Origin: Antedon mediterranea
Taxonomy: Eukaryota > Animalia > Echinodermata
Assembly (NCBI RefSeq): GCF_964355755.1
Contig: NC_092676.1
Location: 7,293,888-7,357,887, forward strand
Direction: 5' to 3'
Length of the DNA: 64,000 nucleotides
Shown: piece after piece, positions 47,141 to 59,708 of the stretch
Layout of the letters: each line of letters opens with the position of its first letter
Numbering within the stretch: position 1 is the stretch's first letter
The notes under the pieces: model-generated
The model's input: only the letters and a program-made list of their open reading frames with translations
Told to the model about the DNA's origin: nothing
Databases searched by the model: none
Position numbers and translations under genes: made by a program

Positions 47141-48006
47141 ACACGTTGATGGTTGGATTGAATCTCTATACAAAGTGAGGTAAAGCTATATAAAATCATT
47201 GATCTATACATACACACTAGGCCTATGCTGTTTTAAAATAATAATAGATTCCAATTCATATCTGTGTGTTGTTTAAAGATTTATTGTCCCCCTGAAACAA
47301 ATATTTTTTTTTTTTAATATGCCATTTATTTATAGTTATCCACTTTTAAAAAAAATTGGATCGAAATAAAACAAGGCCAAGCAGTCATAAGTCGCGTTCT
47401 AAAACGCATAGTGATACCGGACCGACAGACAGACCGACCGACCGACCGACCGACATAGTGAACTATACAGTCGCGTCCACGTGACTAAAAAAAATTATCG
47501 AAAAACCTGTAAAGTGAAAAATAGACAAATTGGTTGCCAGCCAATTGATTTTTGGTTGCGATTAACCATTTATGTTGTCATTTTACAAATGAAATTTATA
47601 AATTATACACCTGCACAAAATGTAGGCCTTAGTAACCCATACAATGTGAATGCATTTGTCGCTTTTATTCGTTCCAGTAAAATCATCTTATGTCACAGTA
47701 CGTACACACTTTTTTTTGGTAAAGTCGTCACATGTGGTAGGCCTACATATTTCAATCTGTGTATCAAGATTTTGCCTATGACTGTAGGCTTATACATTAA
47801 GACTGTTCAGCGCAACGCAAGTCATTTGACAAATCGCAATTTCAACCGATAGAATATTCAAACTGTCGCTTGTCATTTGTAAACTCACTTGCGTCCACGA
47901 CCTAGTGGGAACCAATTAGGGATGGTATCAAATTGAAAAAAATATAAAGGCCACGATTACAACGATTTTCAATTTTAATGTTATATTTTTATTTATGTTA
48001 AAAAAG

Positions 48007-48173
48007 ACGCACCACGGATCCATGATTGTCCAGATGATGTGGAATTCCTTATCACCAACTCATCGACAGCCATATTACATGGACACCTCCTACGACCAAT
48101 ATGGAGTTTTCGAGTTTTCACCCCGAACCAGACATGGCGTCAACAATTGAACCCGGCTACTCGTTTCCACTGG
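48007..48173 (+). pseudogene. Frameshifted HYR-domain exon relic
   Basis: AG/GT-bounded segment reading (D)APRIHDCPDDVEFLITNSSTA, then after a 1-nt shift ITWTPPTTN...PGYSFPLG. It is 167 nt, one short of a phase-1 symmetric exon. Confidence 0.6.
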
Positions 48174-48587
48174 GTATAACCATTGCTGATTGATTTATGC
48201 CATTCATTTGTAAAAACAGACCTTTGTCCATTTATATCAACATTAACCCGGGAAAACAGTAAGGCTGAACTAATGTTTTATTTTTTATATAATAATAGTC
48301 ATAATCATAAAAGTTTAAGATTTACAACACCCGTACAATTAAAACAAGAAACTTTAATTTCCCCATGTTCTATTTTTAAACTTCATAATAGTTTAAAATG
48401 TACGCATGAATTAGACCTATTGAATAAAATTACTAACCAATCATTTGTAAAAATATACCTTTGTCCATTTATATAACAGATTAACATAACTCCCGTGGTA
48501 CAAACAGTAAGGGCAACTGAACTGAACTAAAACAAGAAACTCCATGTTCTATTTTTAAGCCGAAACTGTTACAGGTAATGTGAAAAC

Positions 48588-51500
48588 ATGACAGCTTCTT
48601 TACGAAAATTTAAAAAGTCTGATTTTGAGTCAGGAGGACAACCATTAGGTAGCAGTGTTGTATTGAAAACATGTACTAAGTCTGGAGGTAAATTAGTTGT
48701 GAAGAGGGTGATTGCATCAGATAGCAAGGTAGAAATGTTGGTAGGCCTACAACACAGAAATATTGTCAGTCTACTAGGAAAAATAAACTATGGAATGGAG
48801 ACAGGCTTAGTTTTTGAGTACGCGATTCATGGTAATCTGTATGAATTGATAGATAAAGCACCAACCAGTATTTGCTTACCGTCGTTAAGCTTTTGCAAAC
48901 AGGCAACACGAGCAGTTGCCTACATCCACGAAAAAAATATGACACATCGGAAAATAAAATCAGCAAGTTTTTTAGTTTTTGGAAATGTTATTAAACTTGC
49001 TGATTTCAATTTGTCAGAAAAAAACACTGATGTTTTTTCAGCAGTAGGCCCGAAGGTAAGTAGCTTTAGAGATGATATGTGTTGGATGTCTCCAGAGGTT
49101 TTGAATGACAATGAAGACATTGATCACTTTAAATCGGATGTATACTCATTGGCAATTGTCTTGTGGCAGTTGTATCATATGCAGAGCCCATATAAAGGGT
49201 GGAATATTGAGGCGATATTCAATCACGTGGCTGCGAGGAAAGATCATCTAGAAATTGACACAGAATGTTGCCAAGAATTTACTAGTATGTTGCTGAGCTG
49301 TTGGAAGAAAGACCCATCTCTGAGGTTAACCGCCAATGAAATGTTAAGGTCGATCAACAAAGTAATTGTTGCTAACAATGCATCAGAAGGAACAGAAACA
49401 TCAGATACGGTAAGAATGAGTTCTCAAAGATGGAATTCGAAACAGAATATCAATTAAAATTGGAAGAAAATGCTTATTTTTAGAGTTTTTAATACGTAGT
49501 GTGGGGTAGTCCTACAGTAACACCTAACTTGCAATGTTGTCACAATCATTTTCATCACAATGAAGTGGTTGCAGATACCACCATTATTTCAGTGGTTTCT
49601 AAGGAATGGCTGTAAATTTTAATTATGCAAATTGGACTACTTGGCCAAAAATGGACGAATGTTTTGTAGCGTTTAAAAAACATGCAATTTCAAAATGATT
49701 TGTGTATTTCAACGGAGACATTTTAATGAACAAGATAATATAAAACAGACTCCTAAAAATGTTGTTTATTGTTAGCAAACATTATTATAAATGGATCTGT
49801 TATAATTAAAATAAAATGGTTCATTACCTTTGATGTTTTCACTCCTGCAGGGGTGAAATAACCGTTCAATCATCTCTTTCGACTGATGTAATTTACACAA
49901 AATATTATGATTAAAATGATATTATCAAACTTTTTAGGGTAACAATTTTATTTTTGCATTGTAATCGTATTCATTTTATATATATTTATTTCTGTCTTTT
50001 TCAAACACAAGGTAATACCGGTTAAATGTAAATTTAGAACCTGGCCACGATGTAGAGAGCCGCAGTTGGACGACCACCGAGTTGATAAAGTACGGCCCGT
50101 ATCAGAGTAAGTTCTACGGTGGCTGATTTCTACGGGTGGCTGATTTCCGCCAAAGAAAATAATTATTTTATAATAATACGGCGTTATAACGCCATAATTA
50201 GGGCGTTATAACGCCGTATTAGGGCGTTATAACGCCGTAATAGGGCGTTATAACGCCGTAATTTAGGGCGTTATAACGCCCTAAATATACAATTTTCACA
50301 CATACATGCGCATGCGTAGTACATCAACAAACCTCTCAGCGCATTCACAGATTTTAGAAAGTCACGTGGTATATTACTGGCCATCTCTGTGTCCAACTAT
50401 GCCTATGTAGTGTATGGAATCGAGTCATTTGCTTAAAAAATGTATAACATTATTCACGAGGTTTTAAATATCTAATATCAAAACAATTGTTTAAAGGTTT
50501 TTGTTAAGATAACGCAATTATAAAGTTACTGCAGGGAAGAGTTAAATTACAATTTAACTCTTCCCTGGTTACTGCGAAGATTATTTTAAACAACGAAATG
50601 TAAAAACAATGCATTAAGTTAAATGGAATACAGCTATTTTGTTTGTTTAAAATCATCAAAATAATATTATTATTTTAACAAAAACCTTTAAACGAATTGA
50701 TTCAATCCATCCATTCAAAGTCGTCGCAACTGTTATGGCTCTGGGTTTGTTGATGTACTACGCATGCGCATGTACATGTACGCGTGAACGGATTGTATAA
50801 TTATATTATATAACGCCGTATTATTATAAAATAATGTTTTCTTTGGCGGAAATCAGCCACCGTATATTTGTAACGACTTGACTTCTTTTCTTGAAATAAA
50901 TGTGTTATTTGTATATAAATAAACCCTGTCGTCGCTCATGCTATAAACTCATCACCATAGTTCATTATCATTTTTAAATATTACGAAATAATAACTGTTC
51001 TTTTTTATAGATCATATCAAATACCAACTGAAGAGGAAAAAGAGAAGTTCAGGAATTTTCTCAAAGAGTTTAGTGATAAATACAGTTCGCCTAGTAAGTA
51101 CCGCTGGATGCGTTTCCTTCTATCCGATATATTAAACATCGCATGTCTATCCCGCAAAAACATTCCTTGTCTTGAATTATTTAATGAACTTCACGCAAGA
51201 GGTAACATTTCATATGACAATGTGAGTATTCTTGAAGAAATTGCCGAAGTAACCGGGCAGCATTTAGCCATAGTGGTTGTACGTAAGTACAAAGAATGTT
51301 GCCGAAATCATGTTATGACGAGGAATCATACATTGACAAAATATCGCAAAGGATTCTTTCAGTCTCTTAATGAAATGGATGAAAATCGGTTTCCGACTCT
51401 GCTTGCTTGTTATGAACTTGAGCCTGATGATATCAGCAATATTTGGGATTTAGTTTTTTACTTGGAGAAAGAAAACAGGTTGAACTGTCATACTGACAAA

Positions 51501-52163
51501 GTTAAATTCGCAAAACTGCTAAACAAAAAAGCAGAAAGTCTATTTTTGGTAAGTAACATTTTATAAATTCTCTATTTAAATAAATAAAGTAATATGAACT
51601 TTAATAGAAATCTTTCTAAAATTGAAGAACAAATGAAAACGCTCACAAATTGAATCGAACTAGCACAGGCCTATTGACTGAACACCAACTTGAGACTAGA
51701 TATATAAACTACAGATTTATTGACTGATAGACTTTTAAATAGGTTTTACCATTCCAAATATGAATTACAATTATTTTGTATGGAGAGAGATTAAGAAAGG
51801 GTAGAAAGAGTACCCTTTTAAAAATGAATTGAAGGTACTGTATATTAGAATTATACAGTACTGTATTATTCGAATAACTCAAAAAGGCCTTGGATATACA
51901 CACAAAACATTGTATTAACAACACAATTATATTAGTAGTAGAATTAATTGACTACTAAGCATTTTTAATGCATCACTGTGCTTTGTTTGTTAACCAACCC
52001 CCTCCTTAACAAATGCCTCGAGGGGTTTATTCGAATTAAGTACAGCATCGGTGTTCTTCTTTTACATGTCGAGTGGGTGAGTATACATTATAACGTAAAA
52101 AATGATGAAAATATTTGTAATTAGTTTCCTTTTGCATTACAGGACAGTTTGAACGAAGTTTGA
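48588..52163 (+). CDS. TKL/MLKL-like pseudokinase fused to tandem death-effector-like domains, ~491 aa (exons 48588-49409, 50012-50106, 51011-51548, 52143-52163)
   Basis: Kinase fold with HRKIKSASFLV, LADFNL, WMSPE and DVYSLA. A 95-nt linker exon (phase 0 in, phase 2 out) joins it in frame to FRNFLKEFS...LELFNELHARGNISYDNVSILEEI and YRKGFFQSL...IWDLVFYLEK, two DED-like helical units. Confidence 0.72.
50117..50862. mobile_element. Foldback Tc1/mariner-like element with internal palindromic repeats
   Basis: ta-cggtggctgatttc...gaaatcagccaccg-ta, long inverted arms, five ggcgttataacgcc palindromes (50179-50280) and a central hairpin at 50531-50567. Confidence 0.75.
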
Positions 52164-54454
52164 GTTTAAATTAACTACATATGTAATAACAGCAAATAAC
52201 TTCATCAGGCTTTATTATCTGTATATAGACAGGAGGTTTGTAAATTGAAATGCGTGTTCTGAAAATTAAAGGTCAAATTATAAAGTATTATATTATCATT
52301 TGGACTGATCATCTTACAAGACCGCGATAGGAGCCAGGATCGTTTTTTTTTTTCGAAGAGCTGCAGTCAAATCATTTTTGAAGGGGTAACATTGCTCAGC
52401 TCCCTGCTAGACATGCTGTCACAGTGTCATTTGGCGTTTATTATCGATATCATATAAATATTATAACAAGTACATTCTTGTCATTTGATTGGACGCTTGT
52501 GTGTCACATATGCAAATTACAAATGTTATGTAACACTCTCGACAGTTGTTTACCATATTACTGCATACTGACATTTTTGTTACACCAGTAGGCTTATAAT
52601 TACGTTTCAATGGGTCAATTTAGAAAACTAAATCCCTAAACAAACTTAACTTAATCCTCTAATAATCACTTCATTATGTTGTGAATAATGGTGGCGCTGT
52701 ATTAAAAATATGCGTGCTCATGTTAAAATTATAAATTAATTTTCATTACAATACTGTATTTGAATAATGAAACCCCCGGAATGAAACTTTAAAAAGGTAA
52801 TCATTTTATTATATTATATATAAATATGACTTTATTGTTTTCATTATTTTATATAATTGTTTATTATACAAAGTATTTCCTCCATGGTATTATGTATAGC
52901 AGAAAGCATGCCTGATTTGTATGTAAATGGACGGATTTTTAATAAGACAAACAACTGCAAATAGAAGGTACATTTATTTATTTCAATGACACCAATTTTA
53001 ACAGAGACACACACTTCTATGATAAATAGATACTGTAAGTTAATTGAAAGTTGTTGCTGAGATATTAAACAGACACAATGCAAAAAATATTGCTTTGTCC
53101 ACATTCATTGCACTACATAATATTCTTACTTTAGAAAACATATTAAAAACCTGTATACTAATACTGTACTACCTATGCATTTGTTTTTACTCAAATTGTA
53201 TTAAAACACACCATACTATTACTAGACACAAATACTTAATTATCATATAAAATATTGCATACACTAAACCCATTACAAAAACACATTTAAATTACAAAAA
53301 CTGGACAAATTCAACTAATCATAAAGCAGTTATCGTGGGAAATATTTTGGTGGTTTTTATACAAAAAATTGTTAGTGTCTTTAGTTCTATAAAAATTATG
53401 GTACAATCGTTCATTTTTGGGAAAAAATACTGATGTGGTTAAACACTTGAATCATCTCAACAAGTTGATAAAACATGAGAATTACTTAAAGTCAGTCAAG
53501 GAATGCATTTGTTTTCATTAATTTTTAACACACGTATTTGTAATCACAACCAATACAATTAGATACTGTATGTGGAAAATATGGTGTGCTATAAATATTT
53601 ATAAATAGGCTCATACAGAAATATGGTATTTATAGCCATAAGATATTGTGATTGTGAAGTCCAATGGTATACATGCTACTAATAGGTATAATGATTATAT
53701 TTTTCCATGGGTAAAAATAATAATACCTGATAATTTTATTATATCTAGCTACAGCATTTTATACTAAACAAGTACCTCAAACATTAATACTGCTATTTTA
53801 TAACACTAATCTGAAAGACACTGTATTACTTTAACATAACAACACAACTTTAGCACATTTAGATTCAAATATTGTTTTTACTGATTAAAAATTGTATACA
53901 AAGTTTTTTTTTTAATGTAAATTACATTGTATCAAAATGTTAAAATAATATGGAATATTATCACCAATTTTACAATAATTTTAATCACAAAGAGGGTTTA
54001 AATTCTAGCTGACCCTAAAAAATGAACCTTTAATAACATTTTAAGATGTATTTTGCCAGATTTGTAATGTTTTTTTCTTCATAACTAACAAATATTTGTA
54101 ACATAGCATAGTTGAATAAGATGCATTTAACTACTGTACCTGATGATGTCACAATAATGTATAATTATTGCAATTGTAATTTGTCATAGATAATTGCATT
54201 CTTTTCTGTCCCATTATTACAGGTACAGTTTAATAGTACAGTATTTTAAATTGCATTTGTTTGTGTTAGTAGTTACATAATTGTTAATAAATTTTACAAT
54301 GCCTAAAAACATTTTAAGGAATACTTGAATCAATATCAATAAATAATAAACTAATTTATCAAAGGTATTACTGTATATCATAATCAGTGAATGAATTATT
54401 TATAAAATGATAATTTTAATAAATAACTAGTCAATTAATAAATCAACTAATTAA

Positions 54455-55290
54455 TTATTTGTTCTTTTTTAACTCTTCTTTCACTTTTACGCTTTCTTCC
54501 TCTGTTTTCTGTAATCGTTTTCTCTTGGCTATGAACTGATTTTGGAAAGAGATCACCATTCGTCCTATCAACAGCACAGCGATAACAAATATTCCCGAAC
54601 ACCGCCTCATAGGATCTCCGATAGCAACATGGGTGTGTACAACAAAGGCAGTGATAACGAGAAGCATAACGTTTGCTACCATTAGCGACCGTCGGCCTGG
54701 CAAGCATAGCATTCCTATGCCGCCTGCGACCTCTAGGCCACCAGCAAATGTACGATAGTCCTTGCCTTTCAACTTCAATTTCTTCTCCTTCAGAAACGGT
54801 TTAAGCGGGCTAACTTTAGCATACTTGATAAAATGACTTTTCTAAATAATTATAACAAAAAGCATTGATTCTGAATATTTATCTTGAATTAATTTATGAT
54901 GGATTTTTCTTAACTACTAGGCCCTAGGCTAAATAAAATGTAAATATAGGAGAATAATTAAAATCAAGCAAATAGCAGTACCAATTATTCATTCCCTATT
55001 TTAGAATGATAGAAGCCAGTAAAGCCTAGCTGTCTGATTCGTCCGTGTCTCAGGAGGTGGTTTGGTGGGGCGCCCGGATCATGATGTTTTGTTGTTTTAA
55101 CCTATCCTATGGGCCTAGCCTAGGGGCGTGTTTTACTGTCTTTAAACGTATTATAAAAACACCTGTACATTACCAGTGATGAGTGTAGATCTTTGCTGAG
55201 TTTTGGTGTCATTTTAGCAACACCGAATATGATAAAATAGATGCCGACAGCAATCGACAGCAAAGCTACTGCTTTGTTGGAAGAAGCCAT
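54455..55290 (-). CDS. TMEM35: TMEM35/NACHO-like (DoxX-type) membrane protein (exons 55290-55174, 54841-54455)
   Basis: ALLSIAVGIYFIIFGVAKMTP, then FIKYAKVSPL, YRTFAGGLEVAGG and HVAIGDPMRR; four hydrophobic helices and a C-terminal lysine-rich (KKNK) ER-retrieval-like tail. Confidence 0.82.
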
Positions 55291-56117
55291 CTTTCGTCGA
55301 GAAAAAAAATGTGGCACTAAATTAAATAGCGCCACCAACGGTGGCATGTCTAAAAAAACCGTATGTATTAAAACCCCAACTGACACAAAATAAGGCCTAA
55401 AATATTCCCATGTTGTTCAAAATGTATATTTTTCACGCTGCTGCTTTAGCCAGCTACATCCCCAGAGTACTACTCATTGAAGCTATATCAAGCAGCAAGT
55501 TATAGTTCTAGAGGCTGACGTTTTTGATAATTTGTAAACTAGGACAGGTCATGCTCAAATTACAAACCCCAAAGGACGTCTGGGAGAAGAGAGTCTATGA
55601 AAACATTTGCTGATTTTATTTTATTTATTCGACTTCTCACTAACTCAGTTAGAGAAGGATCTGGACCAACAGGTCAGGTGGTAAACACCTCTAAAACGGT
55701 CCAGTCCCAATTTGCACAGTGGTTGTGTGTGACAGTGGCTGTGTTTGTGTGGACTAGTACACCGGGGTAACCCCCTACTCGTCTCGAAAGATTTTTTTTT
55801 ATTTATTCGGTATATAAAAATATATTACAAAACGACAGTCAAGGACTGAAATGAAATGTATTACAAATGACTAAAAATTAGTTAAAATTGCTATAAAAAT
55901 AGAAACATCTTAATAAAATTAGATATCGTACCATATAATTAAAAAAAAACATACATGAATAAAAAACCTTAAAACATTCACTTATCACATATTTAAAAAA
56001 GAGCTAGTGGTGCCTATTAATGTACTGTAGGTGTACTAGGTTCTTTAAAGTGCGCATGAGCTATGTGTACACTGGACCTAGGGTTTATAGTCCTTATCCG
56101 AGAAGACTCGTTCTACC

Positions 56118-58701
56118 CAGGGGTGGCGCCAGGATCTTCCCGACGCGGGGGCTACAATCCCCGACGAGGGGGCTATGCGAGCGAAGCGAGCATCACAAGG
56201 CTGGGGGGCCAGGGGGCCGCCAAGGGCCCTCGGTGGGGGTCCAGGGGGTGAAGCCCCCGGAAGCAACGCGTTCTAGCGTCATTTGAGGTCATTTTAAGCA
56301 GATTTAGGGTAGCCATTTTTTCCATTTTTTATAATGCATAAATAAAATACTGCGTGCAAAAAAACGATGCGCGATGACTGTTTCAATCCATATTTTTCAA
56401 TTTAAAAAATAAAAGTTCAAAGAAAATTTAGAAAAATAGAGTTGGAGGTCCTGGAAATTGGACTTATTATACTTCAAAACATGAAACAAAATATATAAGT
56501 CCCTATCATGGTTGTGACTAGGCTAAGAAATGTTTGAAAAATAGAGATGTTAGGTCCCGGAAAATGCACTTCTTGTACTTCGAAATATGACCAGCTTTAT
56601 TGTTGGGGCTGAGCTAAGAAAATGTTTAAAACTAGAGCTGCAGGTCTTCAAAAAATTGCATTTTATACTTTGGAAACATCAGGCCCAGAGGCTTAAAAAA
56701 CGCAAGCGTAGACCTTTTTCAGTCGGGGAAATAAGTTTATTCCTCCCAAGTGTATGCCTGCGTACCATCTGGACTTCCGGGTGGTGAGAAATTCATGACA
56801 TACAGGACATTGAAAATTTAATAACTTAGCTATAATAAGATGTTGGCTAAGCGAATATGGCATGTTTTTTTGTTTAGTAATGGATGAAATATTTATTTTA
56901 GGTGCCCCACGGTACAGAAGGTTACTTGTAAATTAAAAAAATTGGTGAACATACGAACAATTAACATAATTCGTTTTTGCTGTAGTGTAGCGCACGTCGA
57001 CACAGTACACGACGTAACCGTCGGTAAACTTCGCCTGGAAAATAACTACAGTACACATTTTGGTCTCTGGATGGAACATGATATCACGACCCAACGTTGA
57101 ACGATTCGTACAACGGGATACCGCCACACAAGTGCGTACCTATAGCTATTGTTTAGTAGTAAGTTAGATCGCTGGCAATAATGAATGCATATAAAGTGCA
57201 TAATATCACTCTGACGTACTCTCACGGTCAATGAAACGTCGAGGTTTTCTAGGCGCTGAAGCTACGAAGTGAACGCGAACGAATTATATTCCCCGACAAA
57301 AAGTACCCGAACCGTCGGTAAACTTCGCCTGGAAAATAACTACATTACACATTTTGGTCCCTGGATGGAACTTGATATCACGCGTCTCGACCCAACGTTG
57401 AACGATTCGTACAAAGGGATACCGCCAGACAAGTGCGTACCTAGCTAATGTTTAGTAGTAAGATCGCTGGCAATAATGAATGCATATAAATTGCATAATA
57501 GCACTCTGACGTACTCTCACGGTCAATGAGACGTCGCGGTTTTCTAGGCGCTGAAGCTACCAAGTGAACGCGAACGTTTTTTACTGTATATTATATTCCC
57601 CGACAAAAAGTACCCGTGTTCCCTTCGGTAACCGTCGGTAAACTTCGCCTGGAAAATAACTACATTACACATTTTGGTCCCTGGATGGAACATGATATCA
57701 CGCGTCTCGACCCAACGGTGAACGATTCGTACAAAGGGATACCGCCAAACAAGTGCGTACTAGCTATTGTTTAGTAGTTAGATCTCTGGCAATAACGAAT
57801 GCATAAAAGTGCATAATAGCCCTCTGACGTACTCTCATGGTCAATGGAACGTCGTGGTTTTCTAGGCGCTGAAGCTATATGAAGTGAACGTGAATTTTTT
57901 TTACTGTATGTTATATTCCCCGACAAAAAGTACCCGTGTTCCCCGACGGGGGGGCTAGGCTCCCCGACGAGGGGGCTAGAGCCCCCGTAGGCCCCCCCCC
58001 CCCGCTGGCGCCACCACTGATTTTGGTCCCTGGATGGAACATGATATCACGCGTCTCGACCCAACGTTGAACGATTCGTACAAAGGGATACCGACAGACA
58101 AGTGCGAACCTAGCTATTGTTTAGAAGTAAGTTAGATCGCTGGCAATAATGAATGCATATAAAGTGCATAATATCACTCTGACGTACTCTCACGGTCAAT
58201 GAAACGTCGCGGTTTTCTAGGCGCAGAAGCTAGCTACGAAGTGAACGCGAACGCTTTTTACTGTATATTATATTCCCCGACAAAAAGTACCCGTGTTCCC
58301 TTCGGTAACCGCCGGTAAACTTCGCCTGGAAAATAACTACATTACACATTTTGGTCCCTGGATGGAACTTGATATCACGCGAAAGCGTGTCGACCCAACG
58401 TTGAACGATTCGTACAAAGGGATACCGCCAGACAAGTGCGTACCTAGCTAATGTTTAGTAGTAAGTTAGATCGCTGGCAATAAATGAATGCATAAAAGTG
58501 CATAATAGCCCTCTGACGTACTCTCACGGTCAATGGAACGTCGTGGTTTTCTAGGCGCTGAAGCTATATGAAGTGAACGCGAACATTTTTTACTGTATAT
58601 TATATTCCCCGACAAAAAGTACCCGTGTTCCCCGACAGGGGGCTAGGCTCCCCGACGAGGGGGCTAGAGCCCCCGTAGCCCCCCCGCTGGCGCCACCACT
58701 G
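56118..58701. mobile_element. Composite hAT-like element with internal ~300-bp tandem units and a duplicated right end
   Basis: Left TIR caggggtggcgccag at 56118; right TIR ctggcgccaccactg ending at 58019 and again at 58701; subterminal ccccgacgagggggcta motifs at both ends. Confidence 0.7.
57015..58630. repeat. ~300-320-bp tandem repeat, about 5 units (starts near 57015, 57310, 57629, 58020 partial, 58306)
   Basis: Unit accgtcggtaaacttcgcctggaaaataactaca...ccccgacaaaaagtaccc is repeated with high similarity. Confidence 0.92.
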
Positions 58702-59708
58702 TCTAAAAGTGATGACAGTAGAATCATATACTAAGTTTCAAGTTCAAAAGTTGTTTGCTGGCGTAAAAGTAGGCCTATTGGAGCTACTGGACCGGACGGA
58801 ATTACCAACAGAGTCATAAATTCGTGTATGTCACCACCCGTCTGTACCGACCTTTTCCCAACTGTTAAACATAAACACATTTTTAACTTTTCAAATTACA
58901 AAAACTGCAGTACAGATCCAAGGATGTGTATTGTCCCACATTCTGTTTCATGATTGGTCTCCGATTTCTAATCTTTTCCTATCGCAGCAAAATTGTGCCA
59001 AAAAACCGGCTAAATAATGCCGCGGCATTATGCCTCGGATGCCGTGTGGGCCTCAATAATGCCAAACATTTTCACGCTGCTATTTTTTTAACGCTTTTCG
59101 AATTTCTAACAAAACGGTGCCGTTCTCCGCTTCGTGAAACGGAACAGGTACGTGTGAATGCCCCTCTTAATTCAAGAAATGCCAACATTGATTATATATG
59201 ACGTCACATTATCGTTCCTGGGTAGATGCGTTTTATAGGTGTCATATTTCTCTGGTGTAACGCGTTAAAAAGGTATTGGACATAATCTTTATTATTTTCT
59301 TGGAATAGAAAAAAAATGAATTTTAAAAATTTAATACAAATATAAAAATTATTTTAAAATATTAATTATTATTATTATATGTAACATTCGGTACACACAA
59401 GCATAAAGACCAGCCAGGGAGTTGTTTTTACAACTCCCTGGACCAGCCTTCATACGGGCCTTCATACCTAAAACTGATAAGGTACGCGTTACACCTCGAG
59501 AGTAGACAACGCAATAATCATTTAGTCAACGGGGGAATCGTCATCGACTCGACCATGCATTTCCATTTCAATTTTGGGTTTTTCGAGGAAGGAAAAAAGA
59601 AGAGTGGTTCTCGAGAAGATTATTCTGTTTTCCCTTTCACCATGTCCATTTTGTAATCAGTATTTGGTATTTTTATTGTAGCCATAGTTTCTTTAATTCA
59701 TAGCAAAT

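Noticed and set aside
49851-49897. Alternative exon (ctgcag|GGGTGA...) after the pseudokinase exon
   Set aside because: Gives an immediate stop in phase 0, so it is not part of the fused model. It could at most be a short terminal isoform.
56020-56286. GC-rich short ORFs on both strands
   Set aside because: They span a SINE/hAT-terminus junction; no transposase or other domain motif.
57015-58630. Possible tandem ncRNA (5S/snRNA/tRNA) gene array
   Set aside because: No recognisable 5S, U snRNA or tRNA sequence in the unit; the array is enclosed by transposon TIRs.
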